This document shows, one piece after another, positions 40,071-53,444 of a stretch of 64,000 bases of DNA. The notes beneath the pieces were generated by a model. The model saw only the letters and a list, made by a program, of their open reading frames with translations. It ran no database searches and had not been told where the DNA came from. The translations under genes were made by a program, and so were the position numbers. Position 1 is the stretch's first letter; every line of letters starts with the position of its first letter. Source of the DNA: Eremomyces bilateralis CBS 781.70 (lineage: Eukaryota); assembly GCA_010015585.1 (NCBI GenBank), contig ML975163.1; one strand, given 5' to 3'.

Positions 40071-41427
40071 TCAGTGGGTCAATATCAATATAGAGGCTAC
40101 TGGCAGGATGAGGTGCAACCACGACTTCATCGCAACCCTCGAACCAGGCGATGTGCCTTGTCCACAGCATGTGCGATTATACTTGACGTTGTTTAATTGA
40201 GCGGCGACCTCGAACACCGAGCCGTTTCCGATGTTGTAATGGTCAACGAGCAAAAAGTTTGGAGGTCGTCCCCAGTCGCCTGTTCCTTGTCAGCGATTGT
40301 CTCTACAATGCTTGAAACTGCCACTTACTGATGCATGTGTTGGCCATCAGCCCCAAGCTTCCATTACCGTCCACAGAATTCGTCTGGTTGATCGAGGCTG
40401 TGTTGGGAATCAAAAGGTCCACTCCCATAACGCCGACCTCAATGTTGAGGTTATGATTCGCAATATACATCCTCGACAGCGCTTGTTCTCTGCTGAGGTC
40501 AGGAGGCCGCTCTTGCGTGCATGGAAAGTTGACATCAGTAGGGCTGAATGGAGTCTCCCAAATCTGACTAAACTCATCCAGAATATATGGAACCTCCTCT
40601 TGGTCGGCCTTGTAATCGAGGAAAAACACAACCCGTTTCTGCCGTAGTATCATTTCGCTGAGGGTTGGCCACCTTTCAACACTCATCGGAATCTCAGGCG
40701 GGACATAGAGGTTTGGAGTGATACCACTGTTCTGGATGGGTGCAGTGAAGTTGCCGACTTCGACGAGATTGGCGTTGCCCAGGATAATTGTGAGGACGTC
40801 GTATGGATGCTGCCGAACCCATCCAGCTACTGTTTTCAAGTAGTCTTCTAGCGTGCCGACATTGAGCATATCGCAGCTGGAATGGCATAGATACATGGTA
40901 TCATTCACCGAATGTACCTGTCCTTGAAGCATTCGGACTCCATCGTTGAGTTGGTCGATCACTCCGAGATACTGATTCGATGCCGCATTTCCTTGTCGTG
41001 AAAACGGGGAGTTATGCGCCGCAACCTCTGTTATGTTCGAATACCTCCGGGTACAGAACTCAAGATAATTGTTACACGGTTGTGTGTTTATCGGCTGTGC
41101 CGATGTCGTTGTCTGTGTGGCATTTCGCGTTGAGTTTCCCCCAATGAGGGTAACCTCCTGTGTCGTCGCCGATGAACCTGACGTTTCTGTCACATTTAAG
41201 AGCGTGGGTACTGGCTCTGATTGCCCGCTGCCGAATGTTCCGGTTGTTGAGATCGTTCGCGTACCCGTGTACGAAATGTATGAGGCTTCGGTGCCCGTTG
41301 GGACTTCATCCGGTACTATTGAATTAAGGATCGTGCCTGAGAGGACATAAGTTGATCCACTGGATTCAAGCTGCGCATAGGCAGGTAGGAAGAGAAGGCT
41401 AATGAGAGATGGAATGGAGGGTTTCAT
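40071..41427 (-). CDS. Secreted PI-PLC X-box / PLC-like phosphodiesterase, probably GPI- or tail-anchored
   Basis: Signal peptide, Thr-rich linker, CNNYLEFC.R.YSNIT..AAHNSPF, QLNDGVRMLQGQ.H, LCHSSC, WETPF, NHNLN; last exon WGRPPNFLLVDHY plus hydrophobic tail; intron ~40328-40281. Confidence 0.88.
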
Positions 41428-42244
41428 CCTTCCGACCTATCCCCAAAGACAACTACACGGGATGGACAAAGAGCTATGAGAGAAGGGAGTAGTCCATTAA
41501 GTGAGAGAGAATGAATCGAAAATATTTGGAAAAATCGACGATGTCCGCAACGAACCAATCCTCGAGAAACGCCGATCGTAGGGGAGAAAGTGGGTATATA
41601 AGGATGTTGTGGAGATCACTTATTCAAAGGATCCATCGATCTTCACCGAGCATGGCAAAAGCGGACATCGACCAGTACGCAATTTGAACAGCAAAATTCG
41701 ACAGATGAATAGGGAATGACAAGAACTTGGCGAGAACTGTAATACTGTAATATCGGCAATGAGCCAAAAAATCTTTGAAACTCGAATAAAAAGTAAATGT
41801 TCTTGTCTATCAAAACAGACCAGAGTAAAACTGCGAACGCACCGACACGTCGATCCCCAAAATTGGTTTGGAGTTTCTGTTCAACAATGACGACATGGTT
41901 CGGACAACACACATCCAAGACCCATAACAACCACAACGATGTGCTGCCTATCTTAAGGGATAATTATGGAGCAATATTCGAGGTAAATATGTGATTTGAC
42001 GAGATTTCTTTGTTCTTCAGCATCGTCCAGTCCACACGTCGTGTTTCGCCCTCAACTGGACGGGTACATGGATTATATGCGGACCTGGATACGACGCTCA
42101 GCTGGAAGTTTTCCGGGATATTGTTCCATTCTGAGGATTTGAAGTGTTCCTTTCCTTCCCTTTTGACGGTTTCGTATATTCAGAGTGAACCGTTGTCAGG
42201 ATACACAACACAGGCGGTTCAGACAGCGCTGTCCAATATCAACA

Positions 42245-43303
42245 TGGTTTCCTTACCCTTCAAAACCTTTCGAATATCAAGGACCAGCGCCAATGGTGCA
42301 GTTCCTGGAGACTCAGTTAGAGACGCTGATGGTCGGACGACCAACAAGGAAGAGAAAGGATTACCAAACGGTGGTCGCGTTTCAAAGACCCAGATCAAAA
42401 GAGCAACCCAGACACGGAAGACTTTCGGTCTCATCTCATCCTTCTGCCTCCTGATATCGTTCATTTTCCTTATCATCGTCAACATTGGTAGCATACGACC
42501 ATCGGGTGCCTTGGCGGACATCTATTTTCTAAGAATCGACCTCTCGAATATCGTTCCGCAATCAATCCCAAATGCAGTGCTTCTCAACTCCATTGCGCAG
42601 ACGTTGGGTCTTCACGACTATTACCAGACCGGTCTCTGGAACTTCTGCGAAGGTTATGTCAACCAGGGGATATCTGCGTGTTCGAAGCCGCACTCGTTCT
42701 ATTGGTTCAACCCCGTTGAGATATTGCTGGATGAACTGCTTGCTGGCGCTTCAGGTGAGTTTGCACTGCGAGGTAATGCGTTGGTGACAACGAATACTCA
42801 CAATCGAATCAGTTGCACTCCCGGCGGACATTCTCGACGTCCTTGACATCCTCAACCTTGCCTCAAATTGGATGTTTGCCTTGTTCCTCTTCGGAACAGT
42901 GGTCACCTTCGTCATGATCTTCTTGGTCCCTCTTACCGTCTACTCACGATGGGTATCCCTCGTTATTGGAACGTTAACTGTTATCTCCATGGTAGCGGTG
43001 GTCGTTGCTTCCGTCGTTGCAACGGTGATGTTCATCATCTTCAGAAATTCGATCACTCAGGTGGCTGAATTGAATATTGACGCGGAAATTGGGAAGAAAA
43101 TGTTCGCATTGATGTGGATCGCAAGCGCGTTTTCGGTTATCGCGGCTCTCATTCAGATGGGACTTTGCTGCTGTTGTGCAAGTCGGCGAGACGTCAAGAC
43201 AGGAAGGAAGAGAGGCAACGAAAAAGCATATTCCTCCACTTTGGCGGTGTCAGAGTCTCAGGGACGGAAGAGAGGCTTTTTCGGACGGAGGAAGAATGCG
43301 TAG
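42245..43303 (+). CDS. SUR7/PalI family integral membrane protein
   Basis: NSIAQTLGLHDYYQTGLWNFCEG...C...WFNPVEILL; four TM segments; CCCC after the last TM; intron ~42755-42812. Confidence 0.88.
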
Positions 43304-43818
43304 ATGAGTTTCATCGTGTGGTCTGGTAGGATTCGGCTGTTCCTATGTGCAGATATGTGAAACGGCAGTGGATTTTGACAACCCGCAGTTGGGCACGTCT
43401 TCCAGCTGGTACTATCAGGAGTACTGCGTATCGCAAGACAATAGAAGCTTCGAATTAGAACGAAACCGGACTTCACACGACACTTGTAATAATATGCTTC
43501 TGCCACGAACTGAAGCAGAGGTTGAGGAAGGGGTCATGAACTCGGGTTATACACCCATGGTCACGTGCAGACGTGTCATTCACGTGTCAAAATAATAATG
43601 CCTTAGTGCCTGAGGCATATATTCAGGGTATCCTGATTGACCAGCTTCCTTAATAAATAAATAATAGCTGATGCCACCCAGCATTTCCCAATTTTCCACG
43701 ACTTCATCACTCATCATCGCGACATCCACCTTTAATGCGAATTCGATCACTTAACGCTACCTAAGTCTTTCAGGTTTCGACAGAAAAGTTGCCCAATTAT
43801 TTATTGACGCGAGGCACA

Positions 43819-45194
43819 ATGACGGGGCAAGCTGAAGGTGCTGCAACTACAGTCCGGCGGACGAGTGGGCCTCGAAAGCGGACGATGCCCAAAGGAGGTG
43901 AGACTCCAGTGTTCGCCCGACCAGTTGAGACGGAACCACCCCGTCACAAGAACAATCAGGACTCGGAAAAGAGACTGAGCTCAGCAATTGACTCGGATTG
44001 CTTCGAGGTGGATGCGTTTGGGAATACCGTTGACCAGCCTGCTAAGCTCCAGGCACCGTCGGCCGGGGGCAGTTCGCGCAAGAGAAAGGTACTAGGCAGC
44101 ATTACCAATGATGGTCTCGGCAACAGATTAGATGGGTCTGCAATTCAGAAGCCCAATAAGAGAACTAAGAAGCAAAATGTTGAGGTTCCGGGCAAGGAGA
44201 AGCGTCTGAGGAAGTAAGCCTTTCATTCTTTAGTCATTGCTGAATAGTCATTGACCATTTATCTAGGTACCGAGATCATGCTCCTTCATCGTTCCACGAT
44301 ATCTATTTCCGTGCTAGATCCCAGAGGTAAATGCTCCAATGAACCAGAAATTGATCGTCCCGCTGATAAGCTACGAAGATTCTATGTGCTCTCAAGGAAA
44401 CGAGGCGGAACTGAGGAGTGTCCGAAGGAAGAAGTTGAATTGACTGGCTCCACGGGCAATATTTACACTGTGGAGATCAAGCCTCGACCTACGTGCAGTT
44501 GCCCACATGCTATCAAAGGGAAGCAATGCAAGCACATGGTCTACGTAAGCTGATAGCAGTGCTCTCCTGATGATTAGAGAGCTGACATACGGCCAGGTCC
44601 TCCATAAAGTGCTCAATGCGCGTTATGAATACGTCTATCAGCTCGCTCTTCTCTCTTCCGAACTCCGAGAGATCTTCGCTCGTGCGCCTCGTATCGAGAC
44701 CGAGAACACTTCAACCCAGGGGACGGACGGGAAGCGCAAGACTATCGAAGGTGACTGTCCCATCTGCTTCACAGAGTTCGAAGAGAACAAGGAAACCATC
44801 GTCTACTGCAAAGCTGCGTGTGGCCAGAACATTCACAAGGAATGTTTCGAGACCTGGGCTTCTGCCCGGCGAAAAAGCCATGATGAGGTGACCTGCCCAT
44901 TCTGCCGCAGTACCTGGGAGGGCGATCAAGACATGGTCACAAAGATCAAGAAGTCGGGAGGAAGGAATGAGGAAGGTTATGTCAATGTTGCCGATCAACT
45001 TGGCATCTCTGGCCAGCGAGGTATGTTCTGCTTGCGCTTATGACGTGTTACATATGCTTATGACGGAATGTCCAGACTACAGCACTTACAACCCATTCTG
45101 GGTTAACCGACAACGTCAAGCGGGTGCCAACGTGGGAGATTGGGACTTTGGCTTCGTACGTGAGCCCTATTTCAACCGCTCTGGATACGATTGA
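43819..45194 (+). CDS. SWIM zinc finger + RING finger protein
   Basis: GSTGNIYTV...PTCSCP...CKH (SWIM); CPICF...CKAACGQNIHKECF..W...CPFCR (RING); about four introns; start uncertain. Confidence 0.88.
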
Positions 45195-45815
45195 GGCTTC
45201 GTGTTCATGGGACGCATGAAGCTCATGGCCATCAAACGAATTCATCGCCGCTCTGTCTTCGAGTTTGAAAGGAAATTCGGACAGCGCCTGATTCACAGAA
45301 ATCGCTCGTTATAAGGAGGGCTAATTGCATACTTCCAAGGGGCAGCAGCCACAGACGGCATCAGTACGGCAAGCATATTTATACTGTCATTTACAGACCC
45401 CTTCAATCCACTCATAGCTGCAGTAATTACTGGCTGCCTCAGCATCCTGCATCTGATATGTAGTACGCAGCAATGACAACAATTTCGCCGACGTTCTAAC
45501 CATATCCATGGTCCTACTAGTGATTCTTCTGCTCAACGGCATTGAATGCCCCTTGTTTCGCCAGAAACTCCACCATTCATGCACCCGGTACTGAGTTATG
45601 CATGAACAGTTGCCCAGCCGATGTCTTCAATGACCTCTTGCCCATGACCTGCCGTCTCTCATGGGCCATGCTGATAACACTGATATGCGGTCTCTCTTTG
45701 CCACAATGTGTCGCTTCAACCATATGTTCACTCCCCTTGCAACATCCGCGAAGTGCCTACTGACGGCACATTTCCTCTTTTTTCGCTCAATAGCCTGGAG
45801 CTTCGCCAGCAGAAC

Positions 45816-46345
45816 TCAATCACCAGATCCCTGCTGTGATTCCAATGCTGCAGCCTGGTCAACTGGTATCCGTACCAGCGTCTGTGGCAGCGGCGGTCCC
45901 GCATCGACTTTCGTCTCCTCTGCCACCACTTCGTCTTCCGCACCTTTCGGCTTTGGTATTTTCGCTATTGATCTAGGATTAGCTCTCTTGCCCATATACT
46001 TAAAGACTAACTCTAGGACAGCTGTGCAAACTAGGAGAATATCAAGGAGAATGAGCACGCACTCGACGCCAAACTTATTGCCCTCAACACATTCCCCCAA
46101 TTACTCAACACCGCCGCGACCGCCTCCGTCCCATCGGTCAGGGTGCTGAGCTTATCTTCCAGCGTCTCCATCTGGTCCGCCAACGCGCCGCTGAGATCCT
46201 GCAGCTCCTTCAGGCTTGCTAATTCGGCTTTCTTCTCGTTGATCCGCGCGAGGAGGAGCGGGGATTGGCCGGATGCGGAGGATGAGGCGTTGGCGGCGGA
46301 GGAGGAACGGAGGTGGGAGGGGAGGGGACGGTGGGGGAAGGACAT
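45816..46345 (-). CDS. DAD2: DASH/Dam1 complex subunit Dad2
   Basis: LLARINEKKAELASLKEL...LEDKLSTLTDGTEAVAAVLSNWGNVLRAISLAS, then an intron, then PLPQTLVRIP. Confidence 0.93.
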
Positions 46346-46729
46346 CGTGATGGGTTGAGGATGGAACGGAGAGGTCTGGTCGGTTAAAGCGAGGAAATCA
46401 ACTATTGAATGACGGATTGGATTATACTCCACTCGTGTTGAATGAAAGGTGGTCGAGAGATAGAGGGATGAATCGCATGTAGACCCCTGTCCATCGAGAC
46501 TGCACATCTGGTCGCTCTGACGCGCCGTGACTGTTTACACCTGCAACTTTTGTTATCACCACAAGACAAGACCTCGAATGTAGTCTACAAAATCAAACTC
46601 GCACCATTAAGCCTGCCAGCGTCATGCTTGACGACCTTGAATGGTCGAATCGCATTTGAGCCCCGAACACGAATTGATTTACAACGACTATACATCCTTA
46701 TCACCGAATACAACGCTCACCAGCCCTCC

Positions 46730-49249
46730 ATGGCGCGATTAAACGACCCGCCTGCTCCAGCGGAGTCAGTAGAGAGCCGTGAGTGACATTATACGGTTGC
46801 GCTCCGGCAAGGACAAGTGCGCTGATATTCTTCATACAGTCAAAAAACGATTCATTCGCCAAAACCGCGAACTAGCCAAGTGAGTCCAGATAACCCGCCT
46901 AGAGCGCTCCAAGTGTCTAACCCATTCCCAGAACTAACTCCACCCAATCCATCCGCATCCGCAATCTCGAATCCGAAACCTCGCGCCTCCTCACCGAGAA
47001 CCTATCCCTCCGCTCCCAGATCGCGCACTTAGAAACCACCGTCTCCGACCTCCAATCCACTACCGCCGCCACGGCTCTCCACACCACCCGCTCCCTCCTC
47101 GAATCCAAACTCTCCGAACTCTCCAGCCTAATCTGCACGCTCGGGCAGCCGGACCACACACGTCCTGCGCGCCGACGCTCCTCATACAAACCGCTCGCCG
47201 AGAAACCCAGCCCCACCGCGCGGCAGCAATGGCGCGAAGAAACGCAGATGCCAACGATCGTCGAGGGAAAGTATTTTCCGCGGTGGACGATGGATGCGGG
47301 TGAGATGCTGGCGCTACAGGAGCAAGAGCTGGAGAACGAGCGACAGCAGCAGCTGCAAGTGAACTTCTTGGCGGAGGGGAGCAGTCAGGATAGTCCGGAC
47401 CTGGGGCCGCCGCCGGTCGCGCATTTTGATGAGGTGGGGCCGATTGGGTTTGATCCGGGGCGGGAGGCTACGGCAGGGGTGGACGGTGCCGGGGATGAAG
47501 AGGAGGTGAAGTTGGCGACGGGAGCATTGGGTGTGAATCTAGAGACGAGGAGGCGGAGGAGGGAGAGTGGGAAGATCGATGTGAGGAGGTTGACGGTGTT
47601 CCTGGAGAAAGAGTCGGGAGACGGAGAAATAGGGGAGAGACGGAAGGAAGGCGATGCGAGTGGCGCGGTACAGCAAGTGGCGAGGCCCGGGAAAAGAAAG
47701 TTTGGATCTGGGGATAGTGAGACGGGTTTGAAGACGAATAACGCCTCGCATCCAACACCATCGCAGGACGAGTTCCGTTTCAACAGGAAGTCTCAGGCAG
47801 ATACTCCTGCAGCGCCAGAGAACAGGGAGATTGACAGCAACGAAGACCTCGCTGTACCGCTCCGACGGGTTTTGAAGAACAGTAAGTCACCCAACGTATT
47901 ACTCGGAAACCAAATGCTAATCAGCAGCAGAATCCACCAACGACGACATCATCAACTCTCCAAAGAAACTCCGTGGTTCCATCCTCGAAGGCAAACCTAC
48001 ATCCAACCCAACCGTTCCCACCCTCACCACTCGCAAACCCGCCCTCTCTGCGCGCGAAACCGCCGCGCGCTCCCGCCTCACCCCTAAATCGCGCGATCCC
48101 CCCTCCCTCCCCGCCCGCCGATCCCGCGCCCCCGACCCGTCCCAACTCGTCATTCCCGAACCCATCCCGCTCCCCACGACACAACCCCAGCCCTCCCCGG
48201 CCGTCACCCGCATCGATCCACCAACTACCCTCTCCGCACCCCTCCACTCCACCGAAAAATCCCTCGACCCCCTCCCACCGAAAACCCCCTTCCTCCCCTC
48301 CGACCTCCTATCCCCCCTAACCGACACCAGCGACCCCTCCGCCCGCGACACGCCTCCGCCCGGCGACCTCGGGTTCTCCTCCGCGAGCCGCCCCAGCCGA
48401 CGTGCGCGCCCGCAGGTGAACTACGCGGAACCAAGCTTAAACAAGAAGATGCGACGGGCAGGAGAGAAAGTCGACGCGGTGGCAGCGGGGGCCAATGGGT
48501 TGCGGGACTCGAGCGCGAGCGAGAGCGAGCGGAGGTCAGTGTCGACGGAGTCGGAGCGGAAGGAGCGGAAGGTGTGCGTGAAGTGGGAGGACGAGGTGGA
48601 TGAGGGATGGAGAGATTTTCCGGACGTGACGGATGCGGATGGGGGGAAGACGAAGCTGGAGAAGCTCGCGGAGGCGGAGGCGCAAGCGGCGGTGGAGGCG
48701 GTCGAGCAGGCGACGGCGGAGTGCCGGGCGGGGAGTCCGTTGGGTCGGAAAACGGCGCCGACGCGGGGTAAGGAGCCAGGGGCGGCGAAGATGGAGGACG
48801 GGAAGCCGTTGACGACGGTAGCTGCGGTGGTGAATGCGGCGCGGAAACGGCGGGAGCAGGCGGCTGGTGGCAGAGGGAGTGGCGGCACGCGGCCGAGATC
48901 ATCGCGGTTCCACTACCCGGTCGCGAGCACCAAGTCCGACGAGACAAATGAGAGAGAGAAAGATCCGCTCGCGGTATTCGAGTTCACCGACTCGTCAAGC
49001 CCGCCGCGGCCGTTAGGCGCACCCGCTGCCACGCCTGGAATCCAACCGAGTGGCTCCTCGAAAGGGCGAGTGAGTCGGCGGCATAGTTCCATGGCCGGCC
49101 TGTCCAACGACGCGACGAAGGGCGGGCGATCCGAGCCGAGTCGAGCACCCAGTAGTCGGACGACGAGAGAACGACCATCCAGCCGGACGGCGATGAATGA
49201 TGACGACGGGGGGAAGATCTCGACCCGGAGACGGAGTATGCTGTTATGA
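46730..49249 (+). CDS. SGO1: Shugoshin
   Basis: Spliced N-terminal coiled coil MARLNDPP..ES|.KKRFIRQNRELAK|TNSTQSIRIRNLE; SGO motif RPSRRARPQVNYAEPSLNKKMRR; C-terminal RRRSMLL; introns ~46779-46839, ~46880-46931, ~47883-47930. Confidence 0.93.
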
Positions 49250-50347
49250 TGAAGAAGAGCAGCTTTTTCTTTTTCGATGTAGCGTTCGGTTTATTATCTA
49301 TCTTGGGGGGTTCACATCGTTGGATAGGGAATTGTGGATATCTTTTACTCTTTTAGAGGATGTGAATGGTGTTGACTTGTGAAAAATTCATGAACTTGGG
49401 TGGTATACTTTATCTGTACCCGAGAAGAAACATCATCCAGGCTCTACTCGATGTTTCTTGGTCGTTCATGGCTCGGGAACTGGCAGGTCAATGGTACATG
49501 GTGGCTTCCCCGGGCTCCAATCGTTCTCGTCCGGCATTATTCCAGCCTTCTATAGGTCTAGACTTTCATAAAATCCTACAGGAGCCAGAACCAGACGCTG
49601 GAGATCTGGGACACAGCAGACGTAATCTACAGTAAGACATCCACATTCCAGCCCGATTCCAGGGTTCAAGTGCGGAGAACCCAGCCATGGTGGACGCACA
49701 TGACGAATGAGCAGCGACCAGCCACAGTTCGGATGTTCAACCGAGCAGAGCCTCTGATGATCATCAGTGATTACCCTTGGCAACTGTTCTACTACATCTT
49801 CATATTTCGGACCTCCTGAGGTTGATTGTTGGTGATAGGTGGGTGGGAGAGTTTGGAGGCGAATGAATTTCTAGGCGATGTTGCTTACTCAATGGCCGTC
49901 TGGCTTACATGATGGAAATGGTCTAGAATGTCACGTGAAATGGAGATTTCGTGCGAAAAACTGGAGCGGAGTGGATCCGACGCCGTTTTGGCCGAGAATC
50001 TTCCAGCTGGTCCAGTAATCTGGTTGCTGATATAATTGTTGTCTTTTCCCCAATTGCCTCTGATCTGCTTTCTCTTTCACTTATTTCATTCCTTCAGTCA
50101 CTGTCGGTCATTCCTTGTGTCTTAGCAACTGCTTTATCTCAGCAGCTGTTGTCAGTAATTCCTCATTTAATCTCTCCCTGCTCAGCGAGATCACCCGAGC
50201 ATCACATCATCCATCGGTCCGGAGAAGCCAATCACAAGCTCCCGAAATAAACATCACCAACTAGCTCCTCCTTATCGAGGCCTCTCTCCCCTTTATCATA
50301 TTTCCCTCCCTAAATCACCTCACTCTCACCTCACCTCACCCTTCACA

Positions 50348-51549
50348 ATGGCATCAATCGCTCGATCCGTTGCCCGCACCTCCACCCGTGCCGCCCGGCC
50401 CCTCGCCTCCCGCTATGCCGCCCAGAACGCCCGCTCGTCCTTCCGACGCGGCTATGCGGACAGCGCCGCGCCCCCACCCAAATCAGGCGGCTCCGGCCTA
50501 ATCTGGGGCGCTGGACTGGCCGCGCTCCTCGGCGGCGGTGGATACTACTATTACACCACGCAGGGGACAGCCGAGCAGCAACAGAAGGAGTTCAAGCCGA
50601 CGTTCGAGGACTATCAGAAGGTGTACGATGCGGTGGCGAAGAAGCTTGAGGACGAGGATGAGTATGATGATGGGAGTTATGGCCCGGTGCTGTTGCGGTT
50701 GGGATGGCACGCGAGTGGCACGTAAGTTTAGATATCGACGCCAATTGAGTGTGATGATGCTGACTTCAATGATTAGATATGACAAGGAAACTGGCACCGG
50801 TGGCTCCAATGGCGCTACCATGCGTTTCTCCCCTGAAAGGGACCACGGCGCAAACGCAGGCTTGAAGGCTGCCCAAGATTTCCTAGAGCCCATCCACCGT
50901 ACGTCTATATCCCTCTTAACCAGCACGTCTGTGAATTCATTCACTAACACCTCCAGAACAATTCCCCTGGATCACCTACTCCGACCTCTGGACTCTCTCC
51001 GCCGTCTGCGCTATCCAAGAAATGCAAGGCCCTGTCATCCCCTGGCGCCCCGGCCGCGCCGACCGCGACGTCTCCTACTGCACCCCGGACGGCCGCCTCC
51101 CCGACGCCTCCCAAGGCGCCAACCACATCCGCGCCATCTTCGGCCGTATGGGCTTCGACGACCGCGAGATGGTCGCGCTGTCGGGTGCGCACGCCCTCGG
51201 CCGCACGCACACCGACCGCAGCGGCTACGACGGGCCATGGACGTTCTCCCCGACCATCCTGACCAACGACTTCTTCAAGCTGCTGTTGGATGAGAAGTGG
51301 GCGTGGCGGAAGTGGGATGGGCCGAAGCAGTTTCAGGACGTGAAGACGAAGAGCTTGATGATGTTGCCGACGGACATGGTGCTGGTGCAGGATAAGAAGT
51401 TCAAGCCGTGGGTGGAGAAGTACGCGAAGGATAACGAGCTGTTCTTTAAGGATTTCTCGGACGCGGTGACGAAGTTGTTCGAGTTGGGCGTACCGTTCGA
51501 GGTGAAGGAGGAGGATCGCTTCCGGTTCAAGCCGAACACCGGCCTATAA
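50348..51549 (+). CDS. CCP1: Mitochondrial cytochrome c peroxidase
   Basis: Presequence + TM segment; [51 protein letters not shown]; introns ~50722-50777 and ~50899-50956. Confidence 0.96.
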
Positions 51550-52364
51550 GATGTTGAAGCACTCTGCGAAAAGATTCATATTGGATGAGGACAAGACGAT
51601 GATTCCCATAAATAGACGGTCATGAGCTCGGATTAGACCAGCCCGACGCCACACTCAAGAACGTTCGACTAACGTTGAGCTTTTTCTCTTTCTTCATTCC
51701 GAACTTCGACGATTCCAATCGTCTTTCCCCAGTTCGCGGCTTCAGACCTTTCACAAGGTGCTGTATTTTGTTGTAACATAGTTCTTTGGAATGAAATCAG
51801 TCCCAAAATATGTTGTTCATCTTTGCTACAGTGCCTGTCGACTGAGATGCTTTTATCGACCCTGATTTCGAGAAAGGCAAAACCAAACCCCTTGACCTAC
51901 ACCCCTAGGGGATACATGTGAAAAAATGGTTTCTCTTCTTCTGCCCTTGCGTTCATATTTCGCTGGTCGTTTTGGAACTTGGGTCCGCACACCGCTTACC
52001 TAGAGCGTACACCAAGGAACAGGCAATCAAGCTACTGTCTTCACTGCGACCCCTGAGCGGGCGTTTAGGTCTCATATCCGGACCCATCAGGACAGCGGTG
52101 TGCCACTCGACTACTGGAAAATGTAGGTATTAGTTGCGTGTCATCTCATTGGACGGTATTAACTCTACTAATATATTGTCCATCACGGACGTGTCCCGGT
52201 TCCGTTACTATACAGGTTCAACCAGTTACTCCATGCGCCTAACATGCTCTGAGCTAGATAGTAACTTTACATTTCCATCATCTTCCATTCATCCAACTGC
52301 ACAACGCCATCGCCCTATCTCAAGCCCCGGCACCAATTCATGTCCTCTCCTGACCCCCTACCCC

Positions 52365-53444
52365 TCATGGCATCTCCGCATACACCGTATCCCCCTCCTT
52401 AGGCGGCTCCAAATAGTCCGGCGGGATATCCACCGGCAGCTGCCTCGCCTGCGCATACTCTCTTACGTCATCGAAGTTCCGACACATATGCCGCGTGTTG
52501 AAATCGACATACGCGCGCGGCGCGGTCTGGTTCCACCACACTTGACCCAGCACGCCCAAGTCAACGGTGCACATGAGTTGTTGGCGGAGGATGTCGAGGC
52601 AGTGGGCTTGGGGGGGTTAGCGGGCTGTTGGAATGGTGGAAAGGGGGTGGTTGGTGAGACGCACAGACGTGGACCCGGACGATGTGGTCGTCGTTCAGGA
52701 AGGCGCCTTTGCCTTGCGCTTTGTAGTAGTCATAGTTGTAATATAGCGACTGTCGGAGGAGATTCAAGCAGTGTAGTTGATGCAGACCCTCGACGTTCGC
52801 GACGTAGCCTCCACCGTACTTCTTGGCCACCTTCACTTGGTCTGGTTGCAGCCCGGATGCGGCCGCTTCGGATTCTGGGACGACGAGACTGCGATCTAGG
52901 AGAGCTGTGTTAGTATCCAATGTCCTCGGTAAGTTTGAGGGTTAGGAGGGAAGGAGGGGAAAGTACAGTTAACCCCGAGCGAGTTCCAAGCCGCATCGAC
53001 CTCCGGGCTCGCATTTTGTCGGTAGATGTTCTCTTTCATCAGTGAGCCGTTGAAGCGGATTAATGAATAGCGGATGCCAACATCCTTCACAACCTGGGCT
53101 ATTTGACCGTTAGGAACCTCTCTTCGTGTAGAGACCGTACGGAGGGGAAGTCAGGGCTCGTGCTCACAATATTGGGACACATATCGTGTCGCGAAATCAG
53201 CCGGATTGAACGCCCATTGACTCCCTGCCCAGGCACCTATCAAGCCGATGACTGCGTACGAGACGAGTACAAGTGGTGCGACGAAATATCTGGCTCTACC
53301 ATCTTTGATCCATCGCCGTCTCCGGTGTCGCGGTGCCTCTTTCTCCAACGACGGGTTCAGAAGGGCTTCCTCTGCCTCGTAGCTATCTCGTGAAGAGAGC
53401 TCGCTGAATTTCGGGGACGATTGCCCGAGGAAAGTGTCCGGCAT
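52365..53444 (-). CDS. DUF3328 / UstYa-like oxidase (two HxxHC motifs, N-terminal TM anchor)
   Basis: Four exons (introns ~53167-53099, ~52966-52897, ~52664-52608) give a TM segment, SPEVDAAW..L, VEGLHQLHCLNLLRQ, VHVSHCLDILRQQLMC.VD, DFNTRHMCRNFD. Confidence 0.93.

Noticed and set aside
50348..51549. CCP1 peroxidase as the tyrosine-crosslinking enzyme of the adjacent KEP locus
   Set aside because: It has a mitochondrial presequence and canonical CcP motifs, so it is in the wrong compartment; adjacency is probably incidental
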